This document shows, in pieces, positions 1 through 9,263 of a stretch of 64,000 bases of DNA. The stretch comes from a virus: IMG/VR virus record IMGVR_UViG_3300043788_000131, positions 1-64,000 of that record. One strand, written 5' to 3'. The position numbers and the translations under genes are program-made. Positions within the stretch are counted from its first letter, which is position 1. Each line of letters opens with the position of its first letter. The notes beneath the pieces were generated by a model that saw nothing but the letters and a program-made list of their open reading frames with translations, had not been told where the DNA came from and did not search any database.

Positions 1-38
1 CTCACCAACGAACGGGACCGCGTCGTCGGACGGAAACT

Positions 39-266
39 GTGAATGACCTTCGCGGCGCGGTCCGCGCCTCGCTTGTCCGCACAATCGACCTGACCATGAA
101 CGATTGCTACGAGGCCGCCGCGAAAATCTGCGAGGTTCTTGGTGATAAAGAATTCGCTAAGTTGGTAAAGAGCAACATGGGGATCGCGGCGATTGCCAAG
201 GGTCACTACACGAAATGTGCCGAGGCCATTCGCGCGTTCAAGATGCCCGTGGAGAACGCGAAATGA
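39..266 (+). CDS. hypothetical phage protein
   Basis: ORF track; ATGA overlap with next gene. Confidence 0.55.
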   Translation: MNDLRGAVRASLVRTIDLTMNDCYEAAAKICEVLGDKEFAKLVKSNMGIAAIAKGHYTKCAEAIRAFKMPVENAK

Positions 267-601
267 CCGGCTGGAACCTGCCCCCAGGCTGCACCAACGC
301 CGACATCGAGCGCGCCATGGGCGGCGATGAGGAGTGCTACCACGAGGATCACGAGATCGACCTTGAGGGCCGATTTAGCTGCAACTCCTGTTTCGAAGCG
401 CATTGGGCAACGGAGGCCGAGATCGGGGCTTACCGTTATGACAATCCAGACTACGACAAAATGTGCCGGCGCCATGAGCGCCGCGAACGCCGCCGCGAAC
501 TCTGGCGCCGCTTTGTGCGCAAGCCGCTGGCGGCGTTGCTGAGACCGTTTTGGCCGCGCGTAGCCAGGGAGGTGCACGATGACGACGAGATTCCGTTCTG
601 A
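263..601 (+). CDS. hypothetical phage protein (CxxC, acidic DDDEIPF tail)
   Basis: ATG at 263 overlapping previous stop; MTGWNLPPGC... ending DDDEIPF. Confidence 0.6.
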   Translation: MTGWNLPPGCTNADIERAMGGDEECYHEDHEIDLEGRFSCNSCFEAHWATEAEIGAYRYDNPDYDKMCRRHERRERRRELWRRFVRKPLAALLRPFWPRVAREVHDDDEIPF

Positions 602-740
602 TCGACGCCGCCACCTCGGCGACATGGCCTACACGGTCGTCGCCATCGCGGTCATCCTCGGGATTGCGATGGGGGTTTCAGGAATCGCGCCGCATGTCGC
701 GGCGCTGTTTGCAGGAGGGGAAGCCCATGGACGACATTGA
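579..740 (+). CDS. small membrane protein
   Basis: GGGAGG RBS before ATG 579; hydrophobic stretch AYTVVAIAVILGIAMGVSGIA; translated by hand. Confidence 0.45.
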   Translation: MTTRFRSDRRRHLGDMAYTVVAIAVILGIAMGVSGIAPHVAALFAGGEAHGRH

Positions 741-1749
741 TGCAAAGTGGCGTGCCGCGCTTGCTGAACCGGATCGCCGGAAGTGGCCGTCCGTCGACAT
801 GAACCACCCCGAGGCGGGGTACTACCGAGTCAAGAGAAATGGCCATTGGCAGCCCAGGCGCTACCTTTATGAGGACGGCGAACTCTATTGCTGTGCCGGC
901 GAGCGCGTCCAACCGGGCAAACCTCTTCACGAGGTATGGCTCTCGCTCGAAGATGCCATCGAAAGCTTCTCCTGGGCGTGGAGCAATCCAATCAGCAAAG
1001 AGGCCTATGAGGCTGTCATGGTCGGCGGCCCGTGGCCGGACATCGACCCCGTGGTCGCCGAGCAGATGGCGGGGATAGGCCACAATCAGGCGTCCGACGA
1101 TCCGCTGAAGCAATTCGAGATCGACATCGAGAACGCCGCCGGGGCGGTCGAGACCTACAAGGAAGTCAACGAAGATACCAATGCGGCGGCCCGTTCAGCG
1201 CAGGCGCGGCTGCAAGAACTCGCTCGGGCGGCTGACAACAAGCGCTCCGAGCTCAAGGCGCCATCGCTCGCCACCTGTCAGAAGATTGATAAAGATTGGG
1301 GTGGCTTAGTAAAGAAAGCGAGGGAAGCGGCTGTCGCGCTCGGCAGGGCAATGGGGGTGTGGGAAAGCAAAAAGGCTCGGGCCTTGGAGGCAGCGAGGCG
1401 CGTGGAGGAGGAGACGAGGCGGGCGGAGGAAAGGGCGGCCCAGGCTGAAGCCGACCGCGCGATCGCCGCGGGAATACCGCCGTCCGTCATGGAAGCTCCG
1501 AAGCCCGCACCCGCACCCGCACCGACCACTCCCGCGCCAGCAACCCGGATCAAGGGCGGCTACGGCCGTGCCGGGCATGTGTACGTCGAGAAGGTCATTA
1601 AAGAGGTCACTGACTATGGCGCCCTGGCGACGGCCTACATCAATCACAACGAGGTGCAAGCGCTGATTAAGCGCCTCGCCGCAGTCGACGTGAAGAACGG
1701 CCACACCCCTCCGGGCGTGGTTATCGAGGAAGAAAGGAAAGTTCGATGA
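727..1749 (+). CDS. coiled-coil early protein (recombination-region hypothetical)
   Basis: GGAGG RBS; long ORF, helical; IGHN motif; directly upstream of ERF. Confidence 0.7.
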   Translation: MDDIDAKWRAALAEPDRRKWPSVDMNHPEAGYYRVKRNGHWQPRRYLYEDGELYCCAGERVQPGKPLHEVWLSLEDAIESFSWAWSNPISKEAYEAVMVGGPWPDIDPVVAEQMAGIGHNQASDDPLKQFEIDIENAAGAVETYKEVNEDTNAAARSAQARLQELARAADNKRSELKAPSLATCQKIDKDWGGLVKKAREAAVALGRAMGVWESKKARALEAARRVEEETRRAEERAAQAEADRAIAAGIPPSVMEAPKPAPAPAPTTPAPATRIKGGYGRAGHVYVEKVIKEVTDYGALATAYINHNEVQALIKRLAAVDVKNGHTPPGVVIEEERKVR

Positions 1750-2909
1750 CATCATGGGGAATCCACAACGAAGGCGAGCATACTAACGGCAATGGCACGG
1801 CGGTTGTTGTAGCCGAGCCAACGGCCGTCGCACTGGTGACGCCTTACACCAAGCTCCTGGAAAAGGCGGCGGAGAGCGGCAATCTCTCAATCTTCGAGAA
1901 AGGCATGGAGTTGGAGGAGCGCTGGCACCAAACCCAGGCTCGACGCGACTTCGATGCGGCGATGGCGGCGGCGAAAGCTGAAATGCCTACGATTTCCAAG
2001 AACCAACTGGTTGATTTCGAGGCGAAAAGCGTGGGCGGCAGGAACACAAATTATCGGTATGAGGATTTTGCGGACGTTGTTGAAACGATACAGCCGGTTC
2101 TCTCCAAGCACGGGCTCTATCTACGGCACACCGGCAACAACAACGTCGAAACTGGCATGGTTCACGTGACCTGCATTCTTGGGCACCGGCACGGTTTTCG
2201 TGAATTGACGCCGCTTTCGGCCAAGATCGACCCCAGCGGCAACAAGAACCACGTCCAGGCGATCGGTTCGACCATCACCTATTTGCAGCGCTATTCCGCA
2301 AAGCTGGCTCTTGGTCTTGCAGCGGCAGTCGATGACGATGGGCAAGGGGGCGGCGACGCGCGACGCGGCGGCGGCAACGGCGGCAAAGAGGAGCGCAGAC
2401 CGCCCTCCAAACGGACTATCGAGGCAACGGTCGAAGAGATCGCGCCCTATGTGCCGCGGGCGAGCTTGGGGCCGCCCTACGCGCTTCCCACCAAACTAGA
2501 TGGCAAAGGGCGCGATCCGATCGAGTGGGGTGAGGATTTCAAAGCTACACTCCGTCAAGCGAAGAGCGCGAGCGAGATCGGGGTCTGGCTGCAACTCAAT
2601 CAAAAGGCCATGGGCCAGCTATCCATTGCCTACCCTGATGTTCGCGCGTCGATCGACGAATGCGTCAATGGCCTCATTTCGGGCGGCGAATCAAAAAAGG
2701 CAGAGGCGACCGCGCCCGACGATACCGACTCGGACCAGTGGCGCAAGGACATGATCGGTGCCCTGTCTGGCTGCGAAACTATCGAGCAGGCCAATACCGT
2801 CCATATCGCAATCGACGGCGCCCCAAATGGCATCCTCAAGGAGCACCTTGATGCGGTCGAAGCGGCGTTTAAGCAAACGGTCGATCGGGTGCTCGGCGTC
2901 GGAAAATGA
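1746..2909 (+). CDS. erf: ERF-family ssDNA annealing protein
   Basis: NYRYEDFADVVETIQPVLSKHGL and QAIGSTITYLQRYSAKLALGLA match ERF superfamily motifs. Confidence 0.88.
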   Translation: MTSWGIHNEGEHTNGNGTAVVVAEPTAVALVTPYTKLLEKAAESGNLSIFEKGMELEERWHQTQARRDFDAAMAAAKAEMPTISKNQLVDFEAKSVGGRNTNYRYEDFADVVETIQPVLSKHGLYLRHTGNNNVETGMVHVTCILGHRHGFRELTPLSAKIDPSGNKNHVQAIGSTITYLQRYSAKLALGLAAAVDDDGQGGGDARRGGGNGGKEERRPPSKRTIEATVEEIAPYVPRASLGPPYALPTKLDGKGRDPIEWGEDFKATLRQAKSASEIGVWLQLNQKAMGQLSIAYPDVRASIDECVNGLISGGESKKAEATAPDDTDSDQWRKDMIGALSGCETIEQANTVHIAIDGAPNGILKEHLDAVEAAFKQTVDRVLGVGK

Positions 2910-3448
2910 GGCCAATCACCTACCTTTGCACGCCTGGAGCGCTCATGCCGGTCCCGCGGTTCGCTGAGCGGTATGAGCGCGAGTTCCAGACAGGCAAATA
3001 CTACACGCTGGAGCTTGTGACAGAGCGCTCGCGGGAAAGTCACAATCTCTATTTTGCCTGTGTGCATGTTGCCTTGGCCAACCTCCAGGCGCCCCTGGCT
3101 GATCGGTTTGCCGACGACGACGAGTTTCGCAAGTGGTGCCTTATCAAGCGCGGCTTCCGCCACCAGCGCATCACCGTGTTCAGTTCGAATGCTGATGCCG
3201 TGCTGGGGGCCTCCGTCGCCCAAAATCTCCGCGATTTTTCGGTCACGGTGGTCGAGGACAACGTGCTGACTGTTCTTACGGCCAAGACGCAGAAATTCCG
3301 GCGCAACGACCCAGAAGGCATGGACAAGAAGGACTTCGAGGCCAGCAAAGAGGCTGTAATCGAAGAGTGTGCCGTCCTGATCGGGCTGTCAGTCGAGCAA
3401 CTCGTCGCAGAAGCTAAGAAGCAGATGGTCCGGGAAAGGGGCAAATAG
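2906..3448 (+). CDS. NinB/DUF1367-like recombination accessory protein
   Basis: RSRESHNLYFA motif; position after annealase. Confidence 0.6.
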   Translation: MRPITYLCTPGALMPVPRFAERYEREFQTGKYYTLELVTERSRESHNLYFACVHVALANLQAPLADRFADDDEFRKWCLIKRGFRHQRITVFSSNADAVLGASVAQNLRDFSVTVVEDNVLTVLTAKTQKFRRNDPEGMDKKDFEASKEAVIEECAVLIGLSVEQLVAEAKKQMVRERGK

Positions 3449-3450
3449 GG

Positions 3451-3717
3451 GTGTGGAAAAGCGCACAATTCGGTGGCTATCTGGACTGCCCTTCTTGTGA
3501 GGGCCGCGGTTTTGCGTTTGTTTATAACAATACACTGACCGACCGCCTGAAAGTAAAGTGCATTGCTTGCGATGGGGGGGGCAAGATCGGGGGGGACGCC
3601 TTCCCCGCCTCGGTGCTCGACGCTACGCGGTGGCTAATGAAGTATGCGCCAGAACGATTGCCAGCTTGGTTGGAGCGCCATGAGCCCGGATTGAAAGAGG
3701 CGGCTGAGCGCAAATGA
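3451..3717 (+). CDS. small zinc-finger protein
   Basis: CPSCEGRG...CIACDGGG (DnaJ-like CxxCxGxG pairs). Confidence 0.6.
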   Translation: MWKSAQFGGYLDCPSCEGRGFAFVYNNTLTDRLKVKCIACDGGGKIGGDAFPASVLDATRWLMKYAPERLPAWLERHEPGLKEAAERK

Positions 3718-4181
3718 TCCTCAAGTCACCCCCGAAAGGATGGAAGCGGCCGGTCATCCCGGTCGCCGTCAAGTTACAAGCCATGCTGCGGCGCTATCCG
3801 AATCCTCCAATCACCGTGATCTGTCAGGGGAGCGATAGCGCCAAGATGGTGGCAATGTTCCTCGTGTACGGGAAGCATCACTTCCATCACTCGCCCGGTC
3901 TTTGGCAGCGTGAATTCGATACCGACGCAAACGACACCGATCCGAAGGCAAACAGCGCAGAGCACATCCTCGCGGTGACCGGGTTGGAGCACGACGCAAT
4001 CGAGAACGGCCCCGGCGGCGAGCGGCGGATCACCTCTGCGGGCTCGGCTTCGAACCAGCGCGCCAAGAACAGGCGGCTCAATAAGCCAAAAAAAAGCCGC
4101 GGCCCCAAGTTGCGGAGCCGCGGCTTTGATAAGACCAGATCCCGCCGTTTCGACGGAACAGTAACCAGGAGGAAAAGGTGA
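3714..4181 (+). CDS. degenerate HNH-like protein with basic tail
   Basis: HFHHSPGL...N...EH pattern; basic C-terminus RSRGFDK..RRFDGTV. Confidence 0.5.
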   Translation: MILKSPPKGWKRPVIPVAVKLQAMLRRYPNPPITVICQGSDSAKMVAMFLVYGKHHFHHSPGLWQREFDTDANDTDPKANSAEHILAVTGLEHDAIENGPGGERRITSAGSASNQRAKNRRLNKPKKSRGPKLRSRGFDKTRSRRFDGTVTRRKR

Positions 4182-4441
4182 CGAGAGAGCAGGCTGAACG
4201 GGCTTTAAGCGTTGTCGCCCTCGTGCTCCACAGGGCTGACGTTCACCCGCAGACGGAGTTTCTGAGTGTGGGCGAGGCGAGGGTCACAGAAGAGGACCGC
4301 CGCAAAATCGCCAGGGGGATCGAGAGAAAATTCGGGAATGGTTTCACGTTTCCGCTGTTCGTCGAGGATAAGTGGATAACGGTTTCCGACGTGCTGATGT
4401 CGACCTGGGTGGTTCTTGAGCGTCAGGAAATGGCCGCATGA
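4178..4441 (+). CDS. hypothetical protein
   Basis: GGAGG RBS, GTGA overlap. Confidence 0.6.
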   Translation: MTREQAERALSVVALVLHRADVHPQTEFLSVGEARVTEEDRRKIARGIERKFGNGFTFPLFVEDKWITVSDVLMSTWVVLERQEMAA

Positions 4442-4695
4442 GCGAGAAGTTGACCAACCGCCAATACGATCAGCTATACGCCAAGAGCCGCCGAATCTTA
4501 AAAGTGGTCTATCGCGCGCTCCCTGATGACAACAAGTTGGCGTGGGTAATCGCGGTGGAGGCTTGTGCTGTTGTCTCTCAATTATGCGGCTACTCGCGGA
4601 CTCAATCGGTACAAGCCCTCAAGAGCACATGGCGGCATCTTGAAGAGTGCAATTTGCACGTCGAGCAGGCAGCCAGCGCGAGAAAACGCAAATGA
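4438..4695 (+). CDS. hypothetical protein
   Basis: ATGA-coupled ORF. Confidence 0.6.
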   Translation: MSEKLTNRQYDQLYAKSRRILKVVYRALPDDNKLAWVIAVEACAVVSQLCGYSRTQSVQALKSTWRHLEECNLHVEQAASARKRK

Positions 4696-4907
4696 GCGAC
4701 TACCTGATCTGGTCAAACGAGCATCGCGCATGGTGGCGGCCGGGCTCGATGGGCTACACGCACGACATTGCGAGTGCTGGCCGCTACTCGCGCGAAGAGG
4801 CCATCAGATACTGTAGTGGCTCATTCCCCTTCCGAGAGGTGGATGCGCCGCCGCCGGAGCTTCCGATTCTCGAAGACGATCTTTTGGAGATCGCCAAACA
4901 TGGCTGA
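4692..4907 (+). CDS. hypothetical phage protein
   Basis: ATGA-coupled; YLIWSNEHRAWWRP..GYT..AGRYSREEA resembles a recurrent small phage family. Confidence 0.65.
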   Translation: MSDYLIWSNEHRAWWRPGSMGYTHDIASAGRYSREEAIRYCSGSFPFREVDAPPPELPILEDDLLEIAKHG

Positions 4908-5754
4908 CCGCAGCAAAATCGAGTGGACCCAGGCGAGTTGGAACGCCCTCGCGGGGTGCACGATCGTCTCCCCAGGCTGCACCCACTGCTACGCCATGAG
5001 GATGGCGGCGCGCTTGGAGGCCATGGGGACGCGGCACTACTATGGAACGACGCGCAAGGTGAAGAAACGTGCCGTCTGGACCGGACTAGTCAACGTCGCT
5101 CCCGACGATACGCTGCTCAAGCCGCTGCGCTGGAAGCGCCCGCGCATGATCTTCGTCAATTCCATGTCGGACCTGTTCCACGAGGCCGTGCCGTGGAGGG
5201 TAATCGACCGAGTGTTCCAGGTCATGGAGCTCGCCGAGAAGCACACCTTTCAGGTACTTACCAAGCGGGCGCAGGTGATGAGGGAATACCTGCGAAACAG
5301 CAGGCGGGCGCAGTCAGCGCGGGTCTGGCCTCTTCCGAATGTGTGGATCGGCGTTTCGGCCGAACGCCAAAAGGAGGCGGACGAACGCATTCCCGATTTG
5401 CTCGCGACGCCGGCCGCCGTGCGGTTCTTGTCGGCCGAACCGCTGCTGGGGCCGCTGGACATCATCAGGTACATGCCCGACCCCACGGAAAACTGTCCGC
5501 AAACACGGCTCGATTGGGTGATCGTCGGCGGCGAGAGCGGCCCACGAGCTCGGCCGATGCACCCGCAGTGGGCGCGGGACATCCGCGATCAATGCCAAAC
5601 CGCCGGTGTCGCCTACTTCTTCAAGCAATGGGGCGAGTGGACGCCGACAAACATGATCTCCGGCGAATACGAGCGCGTCGGCAAGAAGGCCGCCGGCCGG
5701 CGCCTCGACGGCCGCACTTGGGACGAAATGCCCGCACGGGCGAGTACAGCGTAA
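4900..5754 (+). CDS. Gp37/Gp68 family (DUF5131) radical-SAM protein
   Basis: KIEWT..WN..GCTIVSPGCTHCYA, IFVNSMSDLFHE, SAEPLLGP, DWVIVGGESG, FFKQWG. Confidence 0.92.
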   Translation: MADRSKIEWTQASWNALAGCTIVSPGCTHCYAMRMAARLEAMGTRHYYGTTRKVKKRAVWTGLVNVAPDDTLLKPLRWKRPRMIFVNSMSDLFHEAVPWRVIDRVFQVMELAEKHTFQVLTKRAQVMREYLRNSRRAQSARVWPLPNVWIGVSAERQKEADERIPDLLATPAAVRFLSAEPLLGPLDIIRYMPDPTENCPQTRLDWVIVGGESGPRARPMHPQWARDIRDQCQTAGVAYFFKQWGEWTPTNMISGEYERVGKKAAGRRLDGRTWDEMPARASTA

Positions 5755-5785
5755 ACGCCAACCAGCAACCGAAGGAAGAGAACCC

Positions 5786-6352
5786 ATGCAGCAAGCAGCA
5801 GCGAAGAAGCAGGAAGAAATGTTCGAGGACGACTTGGACGACCAGACCTGGGCGAAGATCAGCACGCTCAAGGGCGACGTTCGAGACGCGATCCTCGACT
5901 GGTACAAGCGCAAGGAGAAAGCGTGGGGGGGCCAGAGCGGCTTTGACCAGAAAGCCACAATCTACGAGATCGAGGCCTTTGCCGACCGCATCATCAGAAA
6001 GGTTGCTCTCCTCGTGGCAACGCGCGGCTTTGACAGCGTGCCCATTACGGTTAGCAAATTCACGACTGATGTCGAGAAGGGCATTCAGGCAACCTTCATG
6101 ATGGCGCGCACGGACGAGAACCTGATCTCCATGAACGAGTGCTTGGGCGCATCCGTCCAGTTGGTCCCGCTGCCGCTCTCCGAGTTTATGGGCGAGCGCG
6201 CACCGGCGAAGCCGGATGTGATCCCCGGCGATCTGCGATTGCCCGATCCCGAAGCGGTGGTGGCGGACGCCAGGACGACGCCCGCGACCCCGCCCCACGA
6301 TCCCGAGACCGGGGAGATCAAGGAAGAGCAGCCGACTGCGACTGCGTCGTGA
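5786..6352 (+). CDS. hypothetical phage protein
   Basis: 188-aa ORF, HDPETGEI tail. Confidence 0.7.
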   Translation: MQQAAAKKQEEMFEDDLDDQTWAKISTLKGDVRDAILDWYKRKEKAWGGQSGFDQKATIYEIEAFADRIIRKVALLVATRGFDSVPITVSKFTTDVEKGIQATFMMARTDENLISMNECLGASVQLVPLPLSEFMGERAPAKPDVIPGDLRLPDPEAVVADARTTPATPPHDPETGEIKEEQPTATAS

Positions 6353-6354
6353 AT

Positions 6355-6430
6355 TGGCACCGGCGGCAGGTTTCGAACCCGCGCTGACGCGGTTTTGGAG
6401 GCCGCCACTCTACCACTGAGCTACGCCGGT
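6355..6430 (-). tRNA. tRNA-Trp(CCA)
   Basis: cloverleaf, loop CT-CCA-AA, GTTCGAAAC, encoded CCA. Confidence 0.92.
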
Positions 6431-6433
6431 AAA

Positions 6434-6507
6434 TGGTACTGCCTGATGGGGTCGAACCATCGTTTTCGCATCCACAGTGCGACGCTCTACCGTTGAGCTA
6501 AGGCAGC
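6434..6507 (-). tRNA. tRNA-His(GTG), A73, no G-1
   Basis: loop CT-GTG-GA; acceptor GCTGCCT/AGGCAGT-A-CCA. Confidence 0.92.
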
Positions 6508-6511
6508 AAAA

Positions 6512-7024
6512 ATGGAAACCGCACCTGTTGATCTCTTTACCGACGTCAATCCAGAGGAGGCGAAGAAATATCGCCGTTTTCGCGCGCGCCTTGAGGCGTC
6601 ACGGAAGGCTGTCAATGCCGTGGCCGAGTACCTCAAGGGCAGAGGACACGAAGTCGAAGTGCCTGAAATCAAGATCACGCCCAATGTATTCGAGGCCGCC
6701 AATTTCTTCGACGTTGGCGACATACTTATCCGCACCGAAGGCCGCTGGCGACGCATCGAGGTCAAGGGTGCCAATAAGCTGTTCAAGTGTCGGGAAGAGT
6801 GGCCTCACAAAAACATGTTTGTGGCTTCGGTGGCCTCTGTAGACCGAGCAAAGGACGTTTGGGCCTATTTTACGACCAGCAGCGATCTCGCCTACGCCGG
6901 GATCATCATGGATACCACCCGCCCTCATTGGTATCGAATGACCGCCCTGGCGCCGAACACGGGCCGCTTTGAGTACAACTACGCCTGTCCAATCGGGTTT
7001 GTCCGCTTCATCCGACTGAAATGA
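6512..7024 (+). CDS. PD-(D/E)XK-fold nuclease-like protein
   Basis: DVGDILI...RIEVKG motif. Confidence 0.65.
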   Translation: METAPVDLFTDVNPEEAKKYRRFRARLEASRKAVNAVAEYLKGRGHEVEVPEIKITPNVFEAANFFDVGDILIRTEGRWRRIEVKGANKLFKCREEWPHKNMFVASVASVDRAKDVWAYFTTSSDLAYAGIIMDTTRPHWYRMTALAPNTGRFEYNYACPIGFVRFIRLK

Positions 7025-7125
7025 GTAGCCGCATGTCGTTCGAAAACATGGTGTTTGTTCTGGTGGTGGGCTTTATCATTGCTGCATTCGCTGCGGCGTA
7101 TTCATCGCGAAAAAGGCCGAAATGA
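7021..7125 (+). CDS. 34-aa membrane peptide
   Basis: ATGA overlap; MVFVLVVGFIIAAFAAAY plus basic tail; hand translated. Confidence 0.5.
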   Translation: MSSRMSFENMVFVLVVGFIIAAFAAAYSSRKRPK

Positions 7126-7127
7126 AG

Positions 7128-7201
7128 CGGGCGTGGAGAGATTCGAACTCTCAACCTTCGGAACCAAAGTCCGACGCGCTGACCAGTTGCGCCACACGCC
7201 T
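7128..7201 (-). tRNA. tRNA-Gln(TTG), no encoded CCA
   Basis: loop CT-TTG-GT; GTTCGAATC; 1:72 mismatch. Confidence 0.88.
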
Positions 7202-7204
7202 TAA

Positions 7205-7281
7205 TGGTACTCCCGAGGGGAGTCGAACCCCTGATTTTCGGAGTGAAAATCCGATGTCCTTGGCCGCTAGACGACGGGAGC
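7205..7281 (-). tRNA. tRNA-Glu(TTC)
   Basis: loop TT-TTC-AC; CCA. Confidence 0.92.
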
Positions 7282-7290
7282 AGAAATCCA

Positions 7291-7620
7291 ATGCCGATTA
7301 GGATTCAAAGGCGAAGATCTCGGGGCTGGAAGATGCCGGAAGGTGCGGTCTATGTCGGGCGGCCGACCAGATGGGGCAATCCGTACTTTCCAGGATCGGG
7401 CATGTCGCGCGGCTTTTTCGACAAGGATATGGTTCCGACCGAATACGACGTGCGGGACCCTCGCGTGCAGGTCCAATGGTATCGAGAGCACATGGCGGAC
7501 CTTCTGCCAGTGGCGGGGGAAGAATTGCTCTGGCCGCTGCGCGGCAAGAACCTCTGTTGCTGGTGCCGGCTAGACCAGCCGTGCCACGCCGACGTGCTAC
7601 TGGAGCTTGCGAACAAATGA
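7291..7620 (+). CDS. DUF4326 domain protein
   Basis: AVYVGRPTRWGNPY...LRGKNLCCWC..PCHADVLLELAN. Confidence 0.85.
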   Translation: MPIRIQRRRSRGWKMPEGAVYVGRPTRWGNPYFPGSGMSRGFFDKDMVPTEYDVRDPRVQVQWYREHMADLLPVAGEELLWPLRGKNLCCWCRLDQPCHADVLLELANK

Positions 7621-7814
7621 CGCTCCGCCTCAAACCCGACGCCGCTCGGCGCCTCGTGTGGAGCCATCCTGATTCGAGCATCGCGCCGTTCTGCTCGCTA
7701 TGTCAGGCGCATATTCCCGAGAACACCATTCCGTTGAGGATGTGGAGGAATAATGGAGCGTGCGTCCAGTTCTGCGACGGTTGCGTGGAAAGCTGGTTTG
7801 AGGTGAAGGAGTAA
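7617..7814 (+). CDS. small CxxC...CxxC zinc-binding protein
   Basis: ATGA overlap; CSLC, CDGC. Confidence 0.55.
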   Translation: MTLRLKPDAARRLVWSHPDSSIAPFCSLCQAHIPENTIPLRMWRNNGACVQFCDGCVESWFEVKE

Positions 7815-7816
7815 AA

Positions 7817-7890
7817 TGGAGCGGACCGAGGGAATCGAACCCTCGTCTTCTGGTTGGAAGCCAGAAGCTCTACCATTGAGCTAGGCCCGC
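7817..7890 (-). tRNA. tRNA-Gly(TCC)
   Basis: loop CT-TCC-AA; GCG acceptor, U73, CCA. Confidence 0.93.
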
Positions 7891-7907
7891 AGGAAAGGGT
7901 GACAGCT

Positions 7908-8099
7908 ATGACGACGAAACGTGAAGCAGAGATCATCGAGCAGATCGTGGGCTCAATGACGGAGCGAGAGTATTGGGGCCTCGTAGGCTGGTTGTCGAAT
8001 GGATGTGAAGAAGGCGCGCTGTGGGAGTGTGTGCGACGTCGGAAGATGGCGGAGCCTGTCCGATTCGAACGGACGGCACCCGAAGGTGCGGCGGTTTAG
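7908..8099 (+). CDS. hypothetical protein running into antisense of tRNA-Ser
   Basis: ORF track, ATG 7908. Confidence 0.45.
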   Translation: MTTKREAEIIEQIVGSMTEREYWGLVGWLSNGCEEGALWECVRRRKMAEPVRFERTAPEGAAV

Positions 8100-8134
8100 C
8101 GGACCGCTGGGTTAATCCACTCCCCCAAGGCTCC
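8047..8134 (-). tRNA. tRNA-Ser(GCT), C33
   Basis: loop CC-GCT-AA; long variable arm GCACC-TTCG-GGTGC; G73 CCA. Confidence 0.9.
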
Positions 8135-8137
8135 AAG

Positions 8138-8350
8138 ATGAAAGATCACGGGAAACTACTTTATGAACATGGTATCGCCGTTCTGCATCGACCCTGTGAT
8201 GGAGGGTGGGTGATCGTGCGAGCGGATGGCTCGACCATGCTGAGCGGCGAGCCCGCATGGACCTTTGAACAAGCCTGGGCGGCGGTAGAAGACCTCACTG
8301 ACAAAAAATGGAACCAGGAAATTGTGCGCGAAGCGCGGCCCCTCGATTGA
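8138..8350 (+). CDS. hypothetical protein
   Basis: fills inter-tRNA spacer exactly. Confidence 0.55.
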   Translation: MKDHGKLLYEHGIAVLHRPCDGGWVIVRADGSTMLSGEPAWTFEQAWAAVEDLTDKKWNQEIVREARPLD

Positions 8351-8352
8351 TT

Positions 8353-8428
8353 TGGAGATCCCGGCCGGATTCAAACCGGCGACCTGCCCGCTAGGATCGG
8401 GCCGCTCTATTCGCTGAGCTACGGGACC
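8353..8428 (-). tRNA. tRNA-Arg(CCT)
   Basis: loop AT-CCT-AG; T loop TTTGAAT; CCA. Confidence 0.87.
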
Positions 8429-8446
8429 ATCAAGGAAACCAAGCCA

Positions 8447-8719
8447 ATGGTAGCTGATATTGTGAAGCGGGCGCGAAGTTACGAGGTTGGCAACCTCGCG
8501 CTACAAGCAACGTGGGTAAAAGAAATGCACGAACTCGCCGACGAGGTCGAGCGGCTTCGAGGTCTTGCTGTAGATCTTGTGAAACAGAATGGAGCATTGG
8601 CGCGCGAGGTCGAGCGGCTGCAGGCTGCGCTCGAAGATACAACCTACCCTCTTGGCGAAATTAACGATCTGCGTGCTGAGATCGAGCGGCTCAAGGGGAC
8701 CGTGGAGGAACCCAAATGA
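8447..8719 (+). CDS. coiled-coil hypothetical protein
   Basis: AAGGA RBS; repeated EVERL heptads. Confidence 0.65.
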   Translation: MVADIVKRARSYEVGNLALQATWVKEMHELADEVERLRGLAVDLVKQNGALAREVERLQAALEDTTYPLGEINDLRAEIERLKGTVEEPK

Positions 8720-8868
8720 TGGAGAAGACTGGACTATGGTTCTGGGAAGACTACGAAGAGGTTGAGTTTGTTCTCGTGCTTGAGCCCCAGAGCCTCATAA
8801 ACATCCGATCGCGTATCGCGAAAGATAAGGCGAACGAGCGGTTTCAGAAAAGGTTCGAGCAGTCGTGA
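8716..8868 (+). CDS. 50-aa hypothetical protein
   Basis: GGAGG RBS, ATGA overlap; hand translated MMEKTGLWFWEDY... Confidence 0.5.
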   Translation: MMEKTGLWFWEDYEEVEFVLVLEPQSLINIRSRIAKDKANERFQKRFEQS

Positions 8869-8870
8869 AG

Positions 8871-8946
8871 TGGAGCCCCCGGCGCGATTCGAACGCGCGA
8901 CATCCGATTTAGAAGATCAGCGCTCTTTCCACTGAGCTACGGAGGC
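8871..8946 (-). tRNA. tRNA-Arg(TCT)
   Basis: loop CT-TCT-AA; CCA. Confidence 0.92.
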
Positions 8947-8950
8947 GAAG

Positions 8951-9166
8951 ATGCAAACGAGATCGTATAAATCCGCTCTCGCGATCATTTCCCGGCCTGA
9001 ATTGTTCGATGCTAAGCGGGTATTAGACGCCGCTGCTTTAATTTTCGCTGCCGATCGCTTTCCGAATGATCGGCTGAAAGCCTATGACCTTGCTCAACGC
9101 GTCCTTTCCGGTGAACAAAAGACAGCCAGGGCCGTCGCTAGGATAAGAACGCTCGGGACAGTGTAG
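8951..9166 (+). CDS. hypothetical protein
   Basis: fills spacer; GGAGG RBS is the antisense of the tRNA 5' end. Confidence 0.55.
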   Translation: MQTRSYKSALAIISRPELFDAKRVLDAAALIFAADRFPNDRLKAYDLAQRVLSGEQKTARAVARIRTLGTV

Positions 9167-9169
9167 TCG

Positions 9170-9243
9170 TGGAGGCGAGGGCCGGAATTGAACCGGCGTG
9201 GGGGCTTTTGCAGAGCCCTGCCTAGCCACTCGACCACCTCGCC
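9170..9243 (-). tRNA. tRNA-Cys(GCA)
   Basis: loop CT-GCA-AA; U73; CCA. Confidence 0.93.
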
Positions 9244-9263
9244 AGGAGGAGAAGATCGTGGGA

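Noticed and set aside
4923-6101. 392-aa alternative-frame ORF
   Set aside because: Arg/Ala-rich shadow overlapping the clear Gp37/Gp68 gene and its neighbour.
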